Assembly: GCA_038065235.1 (NCBI GenBank)
Contig: JBBTRK010000005.1
Location: 22,389 to 86,388, forward strand
DNA: 64,000 nucleotides
From: Patescibacteria group bacterium
GTDB taxonomy: Bacteria > Patescibacteriota > Patescibacteriia > PEXW01
Reading direction: 5' to 3'
Shown one piece after another: positions 39,003-49,481 of this stretch (position 1 is the stretch's first letter; each line of letters opens with the position of its first letter). The notes beneath the pieces are model-generated. The model was not told where the DNA came from. It made no database searches and saw nothing but the letters and a program-made list of their open reading frames with translations. Position numbers and translations under genes: made by a program.

Positions 39003-40145
39003 ATGCGCATCGGCATCGACTGCAGAACCATCCTGAACCCACACTCCGGCGAACGCGCTGGCGTGGGGCATTACGTGGAAGGCCTCGTCTCTGCGCTCAT
39101 TGAGCGGTTCCCGAAAGAGGAATTCGTCTTGTACTTCGACTACCGCATTGGTGACCTTGCAGGTTTTACACGGCCGAATGTGAAGGTGAAGCACTTCCCC
39201 TTCTCCCAGTACGGCAAGTACCTCTCGTTCGGGTACTCGCACATGCTCATTACCGCGTACCTACTCAAGGAAGGTTTGGACGTACTGCACGTGCCTGCCG
39301 GATCCATCCCGCTGACGTACCCCAAGAAGGTGGTATACACCGTGCACGACTTGGCAATTTTCAAACACCCCGAGTGGTTCCCGTCGTCGTTCATCTCGCG
39401 GTCCGTGCTGGTGCCGCAGACCTTGCGGAAGGCAGATAACCTCATCGCGGTGTCGCAGAGCACAGCCAAAGACCTGCGGCAGCTCTTCAATATCAAGAGC
39501 TCGAAAATTTCCGTCATTCATCATGGTTTCGACGTAGCGAAGATCCCGCTGAAGCGCCGGGTGAGCGAGACGATTGAGAAGTACAAGTTACCGAAGCGCT
39601 ATGTGCTCTTCGTTGGGACAATTGAGCCACGGAAGAACGTAGAAGGCTTGATGCGCGCGTTCGTCGGCCTGCAAGAGAAAAATCCTGCCCTTGCCGATGT
39701 TGCCCTGGTCATCGCCGGGCAGGAAGGCTACCACTCGGAACAGGTGATGCAGACAATGACCGCATTGAAAGTGAAGCGGAGTATTCGGTACATTGGCTAC
39801 GTCACGCACAACGAGAAGGTAGAGTTACTTCGCCACGCTACGGCATTCGTCTTCCCGTCGTTCTACGAAGGTTTTGGTCTGCCTATTCTCGAAGCCATGG
39901 CTTTGAGCGTGCCGGTCATCACGAGTAAAACCACGTCTATGCCCGAGATCGCGGAGCGTGCCGCGCTTTTCGTCGACCCCACGAGCGTCACGGACATGAC
40001 CCGTGGCTTGCGTGAGGTACTCACCAAGCCCGACGTCGCCAAGCGCTTGCACGAAGCTGGGCCCAAGCAGGCGGCGAAGTTCTCATGGGAGCGCTGCGCG
40101 GACCAGACCATGGCGGTGTACAAGAAGGTTGTGGGGAAGAAGTAG
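39003..40145 (+). CDS. GT4-family glycosyltransferase.
   Basis: C-terminal GTIEPRKN...EGFGLPILEAMA. Confidence 0.8.
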   Translation: MRIGIDCRTILNPHSGERAGVGHYVEGLVSALIERFPKEEFVLYFDYRIGDLAGFTRPNVKVKHFPFSQYGKYLSFGYSHMLITAYLLKEGLDVLHVPAGSIPLTYPKKVVYTVHDLAIFKHPEWFPSSFISRSVLVPQTLRKADNLIAVSQSTAKDLRQLFNIKSSKISVIHHGFDVAKIPLKRRVSETIEKYKLPKRYVLFVGTIEPRKNVEGLMRAFVGLQEKNPALADVALVIAGQEGYHSEQVMQTMTALKVKRSIRYIGYVTHNEKVELLRHATAFVFPSFYEGFGLPILEAMALSVPVITSKTTSMPEIAERAALFVDPTSVTDMTRGLREVLTKPDVAKRLHEAGPKQAAKFSWERCADQTMAVYKKVVGKK

Positions 40146-40147
40146 GG

Positions 40148-40196
40148 GATTGACCCAGCACCACTTTTAGAGTCATAAAAAGTGGTGCTGGGTTGA
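40148..40196 (+). terminator. Long perfect hairpin after the GT4 gene.
   Basis: acccagcaccactttt ... aaaagtggtgctgggt, with a 16-bp stem. Confidence 0.55.
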
Positions 40197-40447
40197 CGTC
40201 AAACGTACCGCGTTGTACGCTTATTTGTAATTGGAAATTATGAACAACCAACTCCACAACTGGCACCAGCAAAAAACCGCAACCATTACGGTCGGTTTTT
40301 CCATGCCGCGTTACGATGCGGTCGCGAATGCTTTGCCTGCGCTGAGTTGGGATAGTCTGATGTAAGAAGGTTCACCCTTTCCATCAATCATGTATCTCGG
40401 CTGAGCAGAGGCCGAGATTTTTCGATTGAACTTTGAAAGGAGAATAT

Positions 40448-41638
40448 ATGGAACAGAAATTGATTTTGCGGAACCTGAAGCTCTACGCGTGGTTCCAAGC
40501 TTTACGCGAGCCGTTGTTCTGGGGGCCGGTGCTCATCACCTACATCCAGCAGATTGGCCGCATGAGCTTATCGCAGATTTACGTGATGGAGTCCATCGTG
40601 GTCGTGGCGGTCATGCTGCTGCAGATTCCGGGCGGCGCCATCGCGGACCGCATCGGGCGCAAGCGGACCATGGTCATTGGCATGAGCATCCTGGTGCTGG
40701 ACAGCGTGCTGTTCGGAATCGGGGATAGCCCAGCGTGGATGTGGGCGGCGAACCTAGCGTGGGCATTCGGGTACTCCCTGGTGAGTGGCGCCGACAGCGC
40801 CTTGCTCTACGACACGCTCGTCGCTGCCGGCCGCACTGACGACTTTAAACGTATCGAGGGGCGGACCATCGCGTACCGGCTGCTACTCATGGCGCTCACG
40901 TCGCTGAGCGTCGGCTACCTGGCGGGCGTGCACATGCGCCTACCAGTGCTGCTCGGCATTCCGGGCATCCTCGCCGCCGTTGCCGTGGTGGCGAACATGG
41001 TGGAGCCGCCGCGCACGAAGTCCACAGCCAAGCACTGGGACCTGATGAAGCTGTCCGTCCTGTTCGTAGCGAATAACCGTAAGGTGAAGTGGATCATTGC
41101 CTACGCCGTGCTGCTCACGGTCATCGGTAAGGTGTGGTTCTTCACTTACAACCCGTACTTCGAGCTAGTGCACTTGCCACTCGCAATGTACGGCTGGGTG
41201 TTCTTCGGGCTCAACCTGGTGGCGGCAATCTTCAGCTGGGGAGCGGCGTGGCTGGCCAAGCACGTGCCAGCGAGCACGAGCATCGCGAGCATGGTGGTAC
41301 TCACGGGCGTGCCGATTGTGCTCATGGCCCTCATCATTGCCGCACCCATGGTCGTTCTGGTACTCATGCAGAATGTCGTGCGTGGCTACCTGAAGCCGTT
41401 CATGGGACATTTCCTGCACGACCACCTGGATTCGGATAACCGCGCCACGGTCGCCTCCGTGCAGTCTGCCGTGGATGGCTTTGGGCAAGTTGTGCTCCTG
41501 GGGATTTTCGGCCTCGTCCTCCAGGTTGTCAGCTTACCTGCAAGCCTCTTGCTACTCGGCGTGTTCACGCTGGTGGCAGGTGGCGCGCTGCTTGTGGCGT
41601 ACCCCAGAGTATTCGGCAGGAGTACGTCAGTTCGCTAG
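40448..41638 (+). CDS. MFS transporter.
   Basis: 12 TM helices and a DRIGRKRTMVIGM motif. AAAGGAGA RBS. Confidence 0.75.
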   Translation: MEQKLILRNLKLYAWFQALREPLFWGPVLITYIQQIGRMSLSQIYVMESIVVVAVMLLQIPGGAIADRIGRKRTMVIGMSILVLDSVLFGIGDSPAWMWAANLAWAFGYSLVSGADSALLYDTLVAAGRTDDFKRIEGRTIAYRLLLMALTSLSVGYLAGVHMRLPVLLGIPGILAAVAVVANMVEPPRTKSTAKHWDLMKLSVLFVANNRKVKWIIAYAVLLTVIGKVWFFTYNPYFELVHLPLAMYGWVFFGLNLVAAIFSWGAAWLAKHVPASTSIASMVVLTGVPIVLMALIIAAPMVVLVLMQNVVRGYLKPFMGHFLHDHLDSDNRATVASVQSAVDGFGQVVLLGIFGLVLQVVSLPASLLLLGVFTLVAGGALLVAYPRVFGRSTSVR

Positions 41639-41802
41639 TACACCGAATGCTCTTTGCAACAACCCCGCGCCATATTGGTTCGGGGTTGTTTGTTCTGTAT
41701 GCTGGCGGGTTTGACGTATGCTGAAATACGCGCTACAATGCACTTCGACGAATGACAAACGTCCTCTCCTCGAGGGGAGTTTGTGCCATTGCTTTTCCTC
41801 CT

Positions 41803-43599
41803 ATGTCCCAACACACTTCCGCCACACTCCGCATCTACTGGCAGCACGTGAAACAGTACCCCTGGCTCACGGCGTCCGCGCTGGCCGCAATGCTACTCGC
41901 TTCAATCGAGGGCGTTGTCCTGCCACTCGTCTTCAAACGTTTTTTCGACACGCTCGCCCAGGCAGGATTGGATCGCGCGAGCACGGCAGCGTTGCTGCTC
42001 CACACGTTGCTCTTCATTGGCGCACTAGAATTTTTTGGCTGGGCTATGTTCCGCGTCGCAACCTTCACCAGCATTCAGGTGCAGGGCAAGGTAATGTACT
42101 CCTTAAGCACCATGTGCTTTAGCACATTGCACCGTCACGCCGTGAGTTTCTTCGCCAACAACTTCGTCGGCTCCTTGGTGAAGAAGGTGAAGTGGTTCTC
42201 CCGCGCCTTCGACAAAATTTCTGACGACATTTTCTGGCGCATCATCCCCATGGTCATCAGCTTGGTGGCTATCTGCGGTGTGCTCTTCGTGCGCAACGCC
42301 ACGCTCGGTTTGGTCGTTTCGCTTTGGCTCGTTGTCTTCCTAAGCGCGCAGGTATTCTTCATTCGGTACAAGCTGAAGTACGATCTTGCGCGTTCCGCAG
42401 CGGAAACCAAGTCCACGGCCGTGCTGGCAGACTCGATTACGAACTACAGCACTATTACACTCTTCGGCGGCTTCCTGCGGGAAGTGCAGCGCTTCGGTCG
42501 CGCCATGGCCGAGCAGCGCCGTCTCTTCCTGAAGAGCTGGAATATCAGCGGCATTTTTGACGCGATCCAGGGCTTCCTCATGGTATGCCTGGAGGTTGGT
42601 GGTTTTGTACTCGTCATTCACTTGTGGAAGCAAGGCAGACTCACGCTCGGTGATTTCGTGCTTTTTCAGTCGTACGTGCTGGTGCTCATCAATCGGCTGT
42701 GGGACTTTGGCCGCGTATCGCGGGATATCTATGAGAGTCTGGCCGACGCCGACGAGATGACCGTAATCCTCCAAACCCCGCGGGAAGTGAAAGATGTGCG
42801 TTCGGCACAACCTCTCACTGTACCGCATGGAATGGTGCATTTCGACAAGGTGGACTTCAACTACCACCAAACGCGGCGCGTGCTGCACCACTTCAGCCTG
42901 GACATTACACCGCGGGAGCATGTGGCACTGGTCGGCCCATCTGGCGCGGGGAAGTCCACTGTGGTCAAAGTGCTGCTTCGTTTGCACGACCTCTCGGGCG
43001 GACACATCAAGATTGACGGCCAGGACATTTCGAAAGTCACGCAGGAGAGTTTGCGCCACAGCATCAGCGTGGTGCCGCAGGACGTCGTGCTCTTCCACCG
43101 CACGCTCATGGAGAACATTCGCTACGGCAAGCCGGACGCCACGGACGAGGAAGTGATCGAAGCATCCAAGGCCGCGCACTGCCACGAATTCATCCAGACG
43201 TTCACCGACAAGTACGACACCTACGTCGGCGAACGAGGCGTGAAGCTCTCGGGTGGGGAGCGCCAGCGCGTGGCAATTGCGCGCGCCATGCTTGCGAATG
43301 CGCCTATTCTCGTGCTGGATGAAGCAACCTCTAGTTTGGACTCCGAATCCGAGCAGCTCGTCCAGGCTGCACTCGCCAAGCTCATGGCCGGCAAGACCGT
43401 GCTGGCAATTGCCCACCGGCTCTCCACCATCCGCGCCATGAATCGCATCGTCGTTCTCGACGGCGGCCGTATCATCGAGCAGGGGACGCATGACGCGCTG
43501 CTCGCGAACCCAGCCAACACCTACAGCAAGCTCTGGAACCTGCAGGTGGCAGGCACCGGCGTGCTGCCGAAGGTTACGGTCGAAGCAGAGGAGGAGTAA
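41803..43599 (+). CDS. ABC exporter (fused permease-ATPase, MsbA-like).
   Basis: 6 TM helices, Walker A GPSGAGKST, signature LSGGERQR, Walker B ILVLDEATS. Confidence 0.9.
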   Translation: MSQHTSATLRIYWQHVKQYPWLTASALAAMLLASIEGVVLPLVFKRFFDTLAQAGLDRASTAALLLHTLLFIGALEFFGWAMFRVATFTSIQVQGKVMYSLSTMCFSTLHRHAVSFFANNFVGSLVKKVKWFSRAFDKISDDIFWRIIPMVISLVAICGVLFVRNATLGLVVSLWLVVFLSAQVFFIRYKLKYDLARSAAETKSTAVLADSITNYSTITLFGGFLREVQRFGRAMAEQRRLFLKSWNISGIFDAIQGFLMVCLEVGGFVLVIHLWKQGRLTLGDFVLFQSYVLVLINRLWDFGRVSRDIYESLADADEMTVILQTPREVKDVRSAQPLTVPHGMVHFDKVDFNYHQTRRVLHHFSLDITPREHVALVGPSGAGKSTVVKVLLRLHDLSGGHIKIDGQDISKVTQESLRHSISVVPQDVVLFHRTLMENIRYGKPDATDEEVIEASKAAHCHEFIQTFTDKYDTYVGERGVKLSGGERQRVAIARAMLANAPILVLDEATSSLDSESEQLVQAALAKLMAGKTVLAIAHRLSTIRAMNRIVVLDGGRIIEQGTHDALLANPANTYSKLWNLQVAGTGVLPKVTVEAEEE

Positions 43600-43630
43600 A
43601 GGCGGCATTGCTACATATATCGTCAATCAT

Positions 43631-44038
43631 ATGAATTCCAAAAATATCATAAAATACATTTGCATAGTGATATTACTTTTCTTTGCGGTCATTGATATAG
43701 TCGCACTGTTTACCAGTATTACCTCTGGGTACCTTACTTGGTCATTCTCAAGCGAAACAAAATCTTTTGTTTTCACGTTGATAAGTTTGAGTTTGTATAT
43801 TCCAGTACTCTTTGGTATTTGGAATCTTAAGAAATGGGCAATCCTGCCGTTGGCTGGGCTAACTATATTTGGCCTCATTCTTGCCATAGCATATCCGCCG
43901 GCGTATCTCAGCGGAAATATTATTAATAAGTTGTCTAATCTACCACCAGATTTATTCATTGGTATAGTAGTCTTGGCAGTCTACTATTTTGTGCTACGGC
44001 AAAAAGTTGTTTCTAACCAACTCACTTCAAAATTATGA
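43631..44038 (+). CDS. Small 4-TM membrane protein in an AT-rich patch.
   Basis: GC content visibly lower than the flanks. Hydrophobic segments. Confidence 0.45.
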   Translation: MNSKNIIKYICIVILLFFAVIDIVALFTSITSGYLTWSFSSETKSFVFTLISLSLYIPVLFGIWNLKKWAILPLAGLTIFGLILAIAYPPAYLSGNIINKLSNLPPDLFIGIVVLAVYYFVLRQKVVSNQLTSKL

Positions 44039-44153
44039 CCACCCTCGTCCTTCGATGAAAGATGGCGCAGCAATCGTCTGGCCAGCCATGCTGGTGTACC
44101 ATGCCTTGCAATTCCTCTATACTCACTAAGCTTCACATTCACCCCGATCTCCT

Positions 44154-44780
44154 ATGGCAACGAATATCGTCGACTCTGGGAAAGCATTCCGTTACGGCTG
44201 GGAGTCCTTGAAGAAGGACTTCTGGTACTTCATTGGTATTTCGGTGCTCTACCTGGTTATTACCAATTTACCAAGTAGTGGGAAGGGGAATAGCTTGGGC
44301 ATTCTTGGTATCTTCATCAGTGCCTGGCTCGCAGGTGGCTTGTATCGCATCTTGCTAGATTACAAGGACGGCAAGAAGCCGGAGATCACCGTACTCTTCA
44401 CCCAGTTCAAGCAGTTCTGGCGCATCCTTTTGGGTATGCTTTTGCTGTTGCTCATCGTCGCCGGCGGGTTTATCCTGTTCATTGTGCCGGGCATTATTTT
44501 GGCCATCAAGTACCAGTTCACTATTTTACTCATCATCGATAAGGACATGCAGGTCATGGATGCCTTGCGTGCCAGCGGGGAGATGACCAAGGGCATCAAG
44601 AGTCAGCTCTTCATGTTCGGCCTGACGGCAATTGGCGTCATGATTCTTGGGTTCATTGCTTTGGGTGTGGGCGTTATAGTTGCCATGCCTGTGGTGTGGC
44701 TTGCGCAAGTGTGGGTATACCGCAGCTTGGCAGCACCAGCGGTCCCAACGCCAGATGTTCCAACACCAATAAAGGTCTAG
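44154..44780 (+). CDS. Integral membrane protein (DUF975-like?).
   Basis: Multiple TM helices. Confidence 0.45.
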   Translation: MATNIVDSGKAFRYGWESLKKDFWYFIGISVLYLVITNLPSSGKGNSLGILGIFISAWLAGGLYRILLDYKDGKKPEITVLFTQFKQFWRILLGMLLLLLIVAGGFILFIVPGIILAIKYQFTILLIIDKDMQVMDALRASGEMTKGIKSQLFMFGLTAIGVMILGFIALGVGVIVAMPVVWLAQVWVYRSLAAPAVPTPDVPTPIKV

Positions 44781-44938
44781 ATACTTCGTCTTTCCGCAAA
44801 ACCCGCCAGCCAGCGGGTTTTGTATTTCATCGGGGCAAGCTGGTATTCCTATTGTGTTTTTGCAGAAATTCAGTAGCATTATTGTCAGAAAAAGAAAACT
44901 AACTATCTTGAAAACCAAAAGGAAGGAGGGTAACCACC

Positions 44939-45316
44939 TTGAAAATACTTGGTAAACACCTGCTGGCAGAGCTCACCGGCTGCAATGTGGCGGTGCTGGA
45001 TGACCTGGAAAAACTCCAGAACATCTTCAAAACCGCTGCCGAAAAGGCTGGCGCGACTGTGGTGAACGCCACTGCGCACCGTTTCTCCCCGCACGGCGTG
45101 TCCGTGGTCGTGGTGATTTCCGAATCCCACGTCTCGGTGCACACCTGGCCAGAGTACGCCTTCGCGTCAGTAGACTTCTACACCTGCGGTGAGAAGGTTG
45201 ACCCCCACAAAGGGCTCGACTACATCCGGCAGGAGTTGGGTGCTACCGACGCGCACGTGCAAGAGATTGCACGGGGTATTCCTTCTTCTATTGAGGAGAA
45301 GCTTGCCCACAAGTAG
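44939..45316 (+). CDS. speH: S-adenosylmethionine decarboxylase proenzyme (class 1B, pyruvoyl).
   Basis: ESHVSVHTWPE (Ser cleavage site) and the typical ~125-aa size. Confidence 0.85.
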   Translation: MKILGKHLLAELTGCNVAVLDDLEKLQNIFKTAAEKAGATVVNATAHRFSPHGVSVVVVISESHVSVHTWPEYAFASVDFYTCGEKVDPHKGLDYIRQELGATDAHVQEIARGIPSSIEEKLAHK

Positions 45317-45509
45317 CTAGTGGTTCATTCAAAGGCTTGAACAATTTGTTCAGGCCTTTATTTTTACCCCCTTTCTAACCCCCACTCACACGAATGCGGG
45401 AATAAAAAGAGTGGGCATCCGTTTGGATACCCACGTTTGCCGAATGGCGCGGCTTCTTATCCGCATGCTCACTATGATGTGAGGCTATGCATTACACCGC
45501 GGTTCGGGT

Positions 45510-45764
45510 TTAGGAGCGCTTGGTGCGCTTGCGTTCATCTTTGGCCTTCAGGAAGGCCGGGAGATTCGCACACGCTTTTTCAAGCATTGCATGTACGTGC
45601 TGATCGTACTCATCGCTCGAATGCCCATTTTGGCCGAGAATGAACTTTTGATACTCACTGGTTCTCCGACCGATTTCGTTCAATCCATCCTCTACCATGA
45701 AGCTCATGATAGTGCTGACAACGAACAGTTCGGCCGCGGCTTCTCTTGTTATTGGCTTAGCCAC
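45510..45764 (-). CDS. Small hypothetical protein.
   Basis: ORF only. Confidence 0.35.
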   Translation of the reverse strand: MAKPITREAAAELFVVSTIMSFMVEDGLNEIGRRTSEYQKFILGQNGHSSDEYDQHVHAMLEKACANLPAFLKAKDERKRTKRS

Positions 45765-45832
45765 ACAATCACCTCCTTTCAGGCTGTTTTAGGTGACAGG
45801 AAAATCTATACCAAAATGTAGCATTTGTCAAT

Positions 45833-45897
45833 GCCAACCCCGCTTGCCGACCGAAGCTCTAATGAGCGAAGGCTGGGGGCAGAGGGGTGGGGGAATT
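45833..45897. repeat. GC-rich palindromic repeat, family A, copy 1.
   Basis: ccaacccc...ttgccgaccgaagc...gcgaaggctgggggcagaggggtggggg. Confidence 0.7.
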
Positions 45898-45932
45898 GTT
45901 AGTAAAGCAGTTGCGGCTAAGCGTAAACATTC

Positions 45933-46658
45933 TTGACGTTATGTGTGGAACCTGGTAATTTTTTCAACCACGTTCTTTCCCATAACCAATCAGTGAAACG
46001 GAGGTACCCGTTGAGCAATCGAATTCTTGGCATGTGGTTACGTTACCTGTGTATAATACCTGGCCTACCGCCACGTGGTGATCTATCGACCGCGGATGTG
46101 GTACTGGTGCAGGCTTTCGGTCGCAACCAGTACCCCGACAGCGAGCTCGATCACATTACTGATCTGCATGTTGCGTACGGTAAGCAGGATGCCGTAACGA
46201 TAGCAAAGTTACGCGAACAAGGCTTTGATCCTGGTCAACCAAACCGAGACCTCGCTCTGGCTTGCCAGCAGCTAGTGGACACGTATGGTATTGCAGCAAT
46301 TGTCCAGTGGGAGGTTACCGTCGCCTTTGATCCCGCGTGGTACGCCGCGCACCGCAACCGCATTGTCAGTCTGTGGCCGACGGCGGAGTACTTTTCTACT
46401 AGGCTGGTGCAAGAGCACAGCCTGCGGGTGATGCAAGAGCACGGGTGGACAAAGCCCATTGAGCTGGCGCATAGCTGGCAAATCGTTCGCGCCTTCCTCA
46501 TTGTGAGGAAATTATTTGGCCATGAACCTATGGTCAGCTCCGAAACCATACGATGCTTTGATTCGAAATCCGTCCAATGGTGGACGAGGTCCAAGGTTAA
46601 ATGGTTAGCATACGAGTGCTTGGCGCGTGTCCATCATGTGTTGTATCGCTGGGTGTAA
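45933..46658 (+). CDS. Hypothetical protein.
   Basis: ORF only. The start may be an internal ATG. Confidence 0.4.
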   Translation: MTLCVEPGNFFNHVLSHNQSVKRRYPLSNRILGMWLRYLCIIPGLPPRGDLSTADVVLVQAFGRNQYPDSELDHITDLHVAYGKQDAVTIAKLREQGFDPGQPNRDLALACQQLVDTYGIAAIVQWEVTVAFDPAWYAAHRNRIVSLWPTAEYFSTRLVQEHSLRVMQEHGWTKPIELAHSWQIVRAFLIVRKLFGHEPMVSSETIRCFDSKSVQWWTRSKVKWLAYECLARVHHVLYRWV

Positions 46659-46705
46659 CGGAAGGTCTTTGAAACCGGCCCCAATTTTGGAGCCGGTTTT
46701 TCTTT

Positions 46706-46784
46706 TCCCCCAACCCCCCCCCTATCGGCCGAAGTCCCGCGCATGCGGGACGAAGGCTGAAACCCCCCCCCGCCCCCGGGGTAG
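46706..46784. repeat. Family A-like GC palindrome with long C homopolymers and an inner tcccgcgcatgcggga palindrome.
   Basis: Seen directly in the sequence. Confidence 0.6.
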
Positions 46785-46861
46785 AGAATATTTTGGCATT
46801 GTATTCTTTGATTGGTACACTACTGTGCATCAACGCACTTCACACTTATGAGCGCATTATT

Positions 46862-48016
46862 ATGAATCCTATTCGTCGGTTTGGCGCTTTACTAGCGATC
46901 GTGGCTGCAGTAGCAGTCATGCTTTTCCCTTTGGCTAGCGTTCGAGCGCAAGCCAACGAAGAGTCGTTCAAAGCGAAAGTGGTGGAAGTCCTTGAGAACA
47001 AAACCACTCCAGAAGAAGAAGGTGCGGCCCTACCCCAGCAGAAGTTGCAGCTGCAAGGCCTTTCTGGTACCTGGAAAGGGAAGAGCATCATCTTCGACGG
47101 TACGAAGTATGAGGTCATGTCGGCGAGTAGGTACGAAGTCGGTGATGTCGTCATGGTTAATGTATCTGCAGACGCAGATGGGAATAAAGAATTCTTCGTC
47201 GTCGACTACGTCCGGCAGAACTCGCTCTACTGGCTCGCAGCACTTTTCGCATTAGTGGTTGTCGTTGTGGGCAGGCTCAAAGGCCTGCGCGCACTTGCCG
47301 TGCTGCTGCTGACTTTCGTGGTCATCCAGAAGTTCATCGTGCCAAGAATCCTCGCCGGTGATAACCCGCTCGTCATTAGCATTCTTGGTGCGTTGGTTAT
47401 CCTCGGCATTGCAATCTACATTACGGAAGGCTTCAAGCGTTCCTCTACTATTGCCATTGGCTCGGTCCTGCTCTCGCTCATTATCACCGGCCTGCTGTCT
47501 ATTGCGTTTACCGCCGCAGCGAAGCTCACGGGATTTGCAAGTGAAGAAGCCATTTACCTCAAAGGGCTCTCTGGGGTGGACATTAACGTGCATGGCTTAC
47601 TACTCGCCGGCATCATCATCGGTACCCTGGGGGTTTTGGATGATGTCATTATTTCTCAAGTGATGGTGGTAGAAGAATTGAAGCACGCAAACCGTAGCCT
47701 GACGAATCGCACCGTCTTCGCAAAAGCAATGCGGGTGGGCATTGGGCACATGAGCGCCTTGGTGAACACGCTCTTCCTCGCCTACGCCGGGGCATCGCTG
47801 CCACTCCTCTTGCTCTTCAGTGTTCGCGAGGAGCCGTTCCTGACGTTTAATCAGGTCATCAACAACGACATGATCGCTACAGAAATTGTCCGTACGCTCA
47901 CGGGCAGCATTGGCATTGTCCTCGCCGTACCGATTGCCACAGCACTAGCAGTAAAATTTATAAAAGCAAGTAAAGGTGGGGATACCGAGGTTGCCGACAG
48001 CACCCACCGGCACTAA
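46862..48016 (+). CDS. YibE/F-family membrane protein.
   Basis: Signal/TM, an extracellular domain, then multiple TMs with a GVLDDVIIS motif. Confidence 0.5.
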   Translation: MNPIRRFGALLAIVAAVAVMLFPLASVRAQANEESFKAKVVEVLENKTTPEEEGAALPQQKLQLQGLSGTWKGKSIIFDGTKYEVMSASRYEVGDVVMVNVSADADGNKEFFVVDYVRQNSLYWLAALFALVVVVVGRLKGLRALAVLLLTFVVIQKFIVPRILAGDNPLVISILGALVILGIAIYITEGFKRSSTIAIGSVLLSLIITGLLSIAFTAAAKLTGFASEEAIYLKGLSGVDINVHGLLLAGIIIGTLGVLDDVIISQVMVVEELKHANRSLTNRTVFAKAMRVGIGHMSALVNTLFLAYAGASLPLLLLFSVREEPFLTFNQVINNDMIATEIVRTLTGSIGIVLAVPIATALAVKFIKASKGGDTEVADSTHRH

Positions 48017-48047
48017 CTGAAACCTTTTTGGTTCGGGTTCCCCCCAA

Positions 48048-48127
48048 CCCCCTTGCCGACCGTAGCTTACTTGCCGTCCGAAGCTTTAGCGTAGGAAGGG
48101 GCGCAGGCTGGGGGCAGAGGGGTGGGT
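48048..48127. repeat. Family A repeat, copy 3.
   Basis: ttccccccaacccccttgccgaccgtagctt...ggctgggggcagaggggtggg. Confidence 0.7.
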
Positions 48128-48164
48128 TTTGGCGTTCACTTCTTCAGCCTGGTAGACTAGGGGC

Positions 48165-48655
48165 ATGACCCTATTGCCCGCGGAGACGATTAGGGTCAGA
48201 ATGTTATTTTTTTGGGTTATGTAAAAACCGCTCGGGGATTGAGCGGTTTTGAGTAATACGGTATTTGGGTTACTTTCACATTAGCCGGCGAAAGCTTGGA
48301 TGGCCGCAGCGCAGGCTGCAATAATGAGCATAATGGTTACGGAAATTGCAGAGCAAACAAAAAGGATCAGGGTTACGTGCAAGAGTTTTGCCCGATAGTA
48401 CTTCCCAGCGCTTTCGGCAGTAAAAAGTAAGGCCCAGCTTATCACGACTCCAGCGCAGCTAATGGGGATTAAGAACAGCCACGCCCACCAATAAGCAGAT
48501 ATAAAATTTATCAATGTTGCCTCCGTTGGTTTTCTCAAACCTACACCCCCAGCTTGAGTAGTCAATAGCTTGCACGTACAATACAGGTATGAACCTCATG
48601 TCATCTTTGAATAGTGAACAAAAACAGGCGGTTACGCATGCGTCCGGCCCGCTGT
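48165..48655. repeat. Left copy of a 491-bp perfect direct repeat.
   Basis: Identical to 53606-54096 (atgaccctattgcccgcggagacg ... gcgtccggcccgct). Confidence 0.9.
48281..48514 (-). CDS. Small 2-TM membrane protein, left duplicate copy. Probable TTG start after GGAGG; the ORF track extends it to 48565.
   Basis: MINFISAYWWAWLFLIPIS... A highly hydrophobic ~77 aa. Confidence 0.5.
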   Translation of the reverse strand: MINFISAYWWAWLFLIPISCAGVVISWALLFTAESAGKYYRAKLLHVTLILFVCSAISVTIMLIIAACAAAIQAFAG

Positions 48656-48671
48656 TAATCGTTGCTGGTGG
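48589..48671 (+). pseudogene. Duplicated 5' fragment of the UvrD-like helicase gene.
   Basis: MNLMSSLNSEQKQAVTHASGPLLIVAG is identical to the start of the 54031 gene, then diverges before Walker A. Confidence 0.75.
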
Positions 48672-48755
48672 AGAGATATTGTTAGGTAGGCCACGAAAGT
48701 CGACACACGAAAGTCGGCACTTGATATTCTGTATTACTTTGGGTAGAGTATCTCT

Positions 48756-49031
48756 ATGCTCTTACACGTAAATGTACCCCTCTCCATTTTCCGCGAAGGT
48801 AAGCGTTTTGTGGCCTTTACCCCAGCACTCGACCTCTCTACCTCTGGCAAGTCCCTTGCCGAGGCAAAGTCTCGTTTTTCCGAAGCCGTCCAGCTCTTCT
48901 TTGAAGAGTTAGAACGGATGGGGACAGTGGACGAAACACTTTCCGATCTCGGCTGGCACAAAGCCGAGCGGAAGTGGCAAGCGCCCCAGCCAATTTTTCA
49001 AGATACACAGCGGGTGCAAGTCGCGGTGTAA
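48756..49031 (+). CDS. hicB: HicB-family antitoxin (UPF0150 fold).
   Basis: FVAFTPALDLSTSGKSLAEAKSRFSEAVQLFFEELE matches the HicB N-domain pattern. Adjacent to hicA. Confidence 0.65.
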   Translation: MLLHVNVPLSIFREGKRFVAFTPALDLSTSGKSLAEAKSRFSEAVQLFFEELERMGTVDETLSDLGWHKAERKWQAPQPIFQDTQRVQVAV

Positions 49032-49035
49032 TTTT

Positions 49036-49266
49036 ATGCCGCGCGTCACGCCGGTACACTGGAAGCGCTTTGAGAAGTTTCTCCTCTACGTTGGTTGCAC
49101 GTTCGTTCGAGAGAAAGGTGACCACCGCATCTACACGCGGGATGGTTTATCGCGCCCGGTTGTTGTCCCCCGCGACACGCAGCTGCCGATATTCATTATA
49201 CGGAATAACTTACGCGTCCTTGGTATTTCGACGGACGACTACTTGCAAATTTTAGACCGCGTGTAG
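49036..49266 (+). CDS. hicA: HicA-family mRNA interferase toxin.
   Basis: WKRFEKFLLYVGCTFVREKGDHRIYTRDG...VVVP fits the K..L...GW...R.KGSH..F HicA pattern. Confidence 0.7.
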   Translation: MPRVTPVHWKRFEKFLLYVGCTFVREKGDHRIYTRDGLSRPVVVPRDTQLPIFIIRNNLRVLGISTDDYLQILDRV

Positions 49267-49352
49267 CAGGTTCCTCGTATGGCCCTATTGCCCATGCGCT
49301 AGGGGATTTGTTTATGCTTCCGAGCGCAGCATCTCCAAGCTGCGCTCTCTCC

Positions 49353-49392
49353 ATTCCCCCAACCCCCGCCCGCCCCAGGGGGCAGAGGGATT
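49353..49392. repeat. Family A repeat, short copy.
   Basis: cccccaacccccgcccgccccagggggcagaggg. Confidence 0.6.
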
Positions 49393-49481
49393 GACAAAGC
49401 GTAGTATTTCTAGTACATTGTATTGTTCCTAGAAAAAGTACAAAGTACCCTGACAATATTCACACAGAAAGGTGGAATTTC

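Noticed and set aside
40240-40365. 41-aa ORF between the GT4 gene and the MFS gene (possible leader peptide).
   Set aside because: No RBS and no conservation clue. It is likely just an intergenic ORF between a terminator hairpin and the MFS promoter.
42340-43626. 428-aa minus-strand ORF.
   Set aside because: Antisense to the ABC exporter gene, which has canonical Walker/signature motifs.
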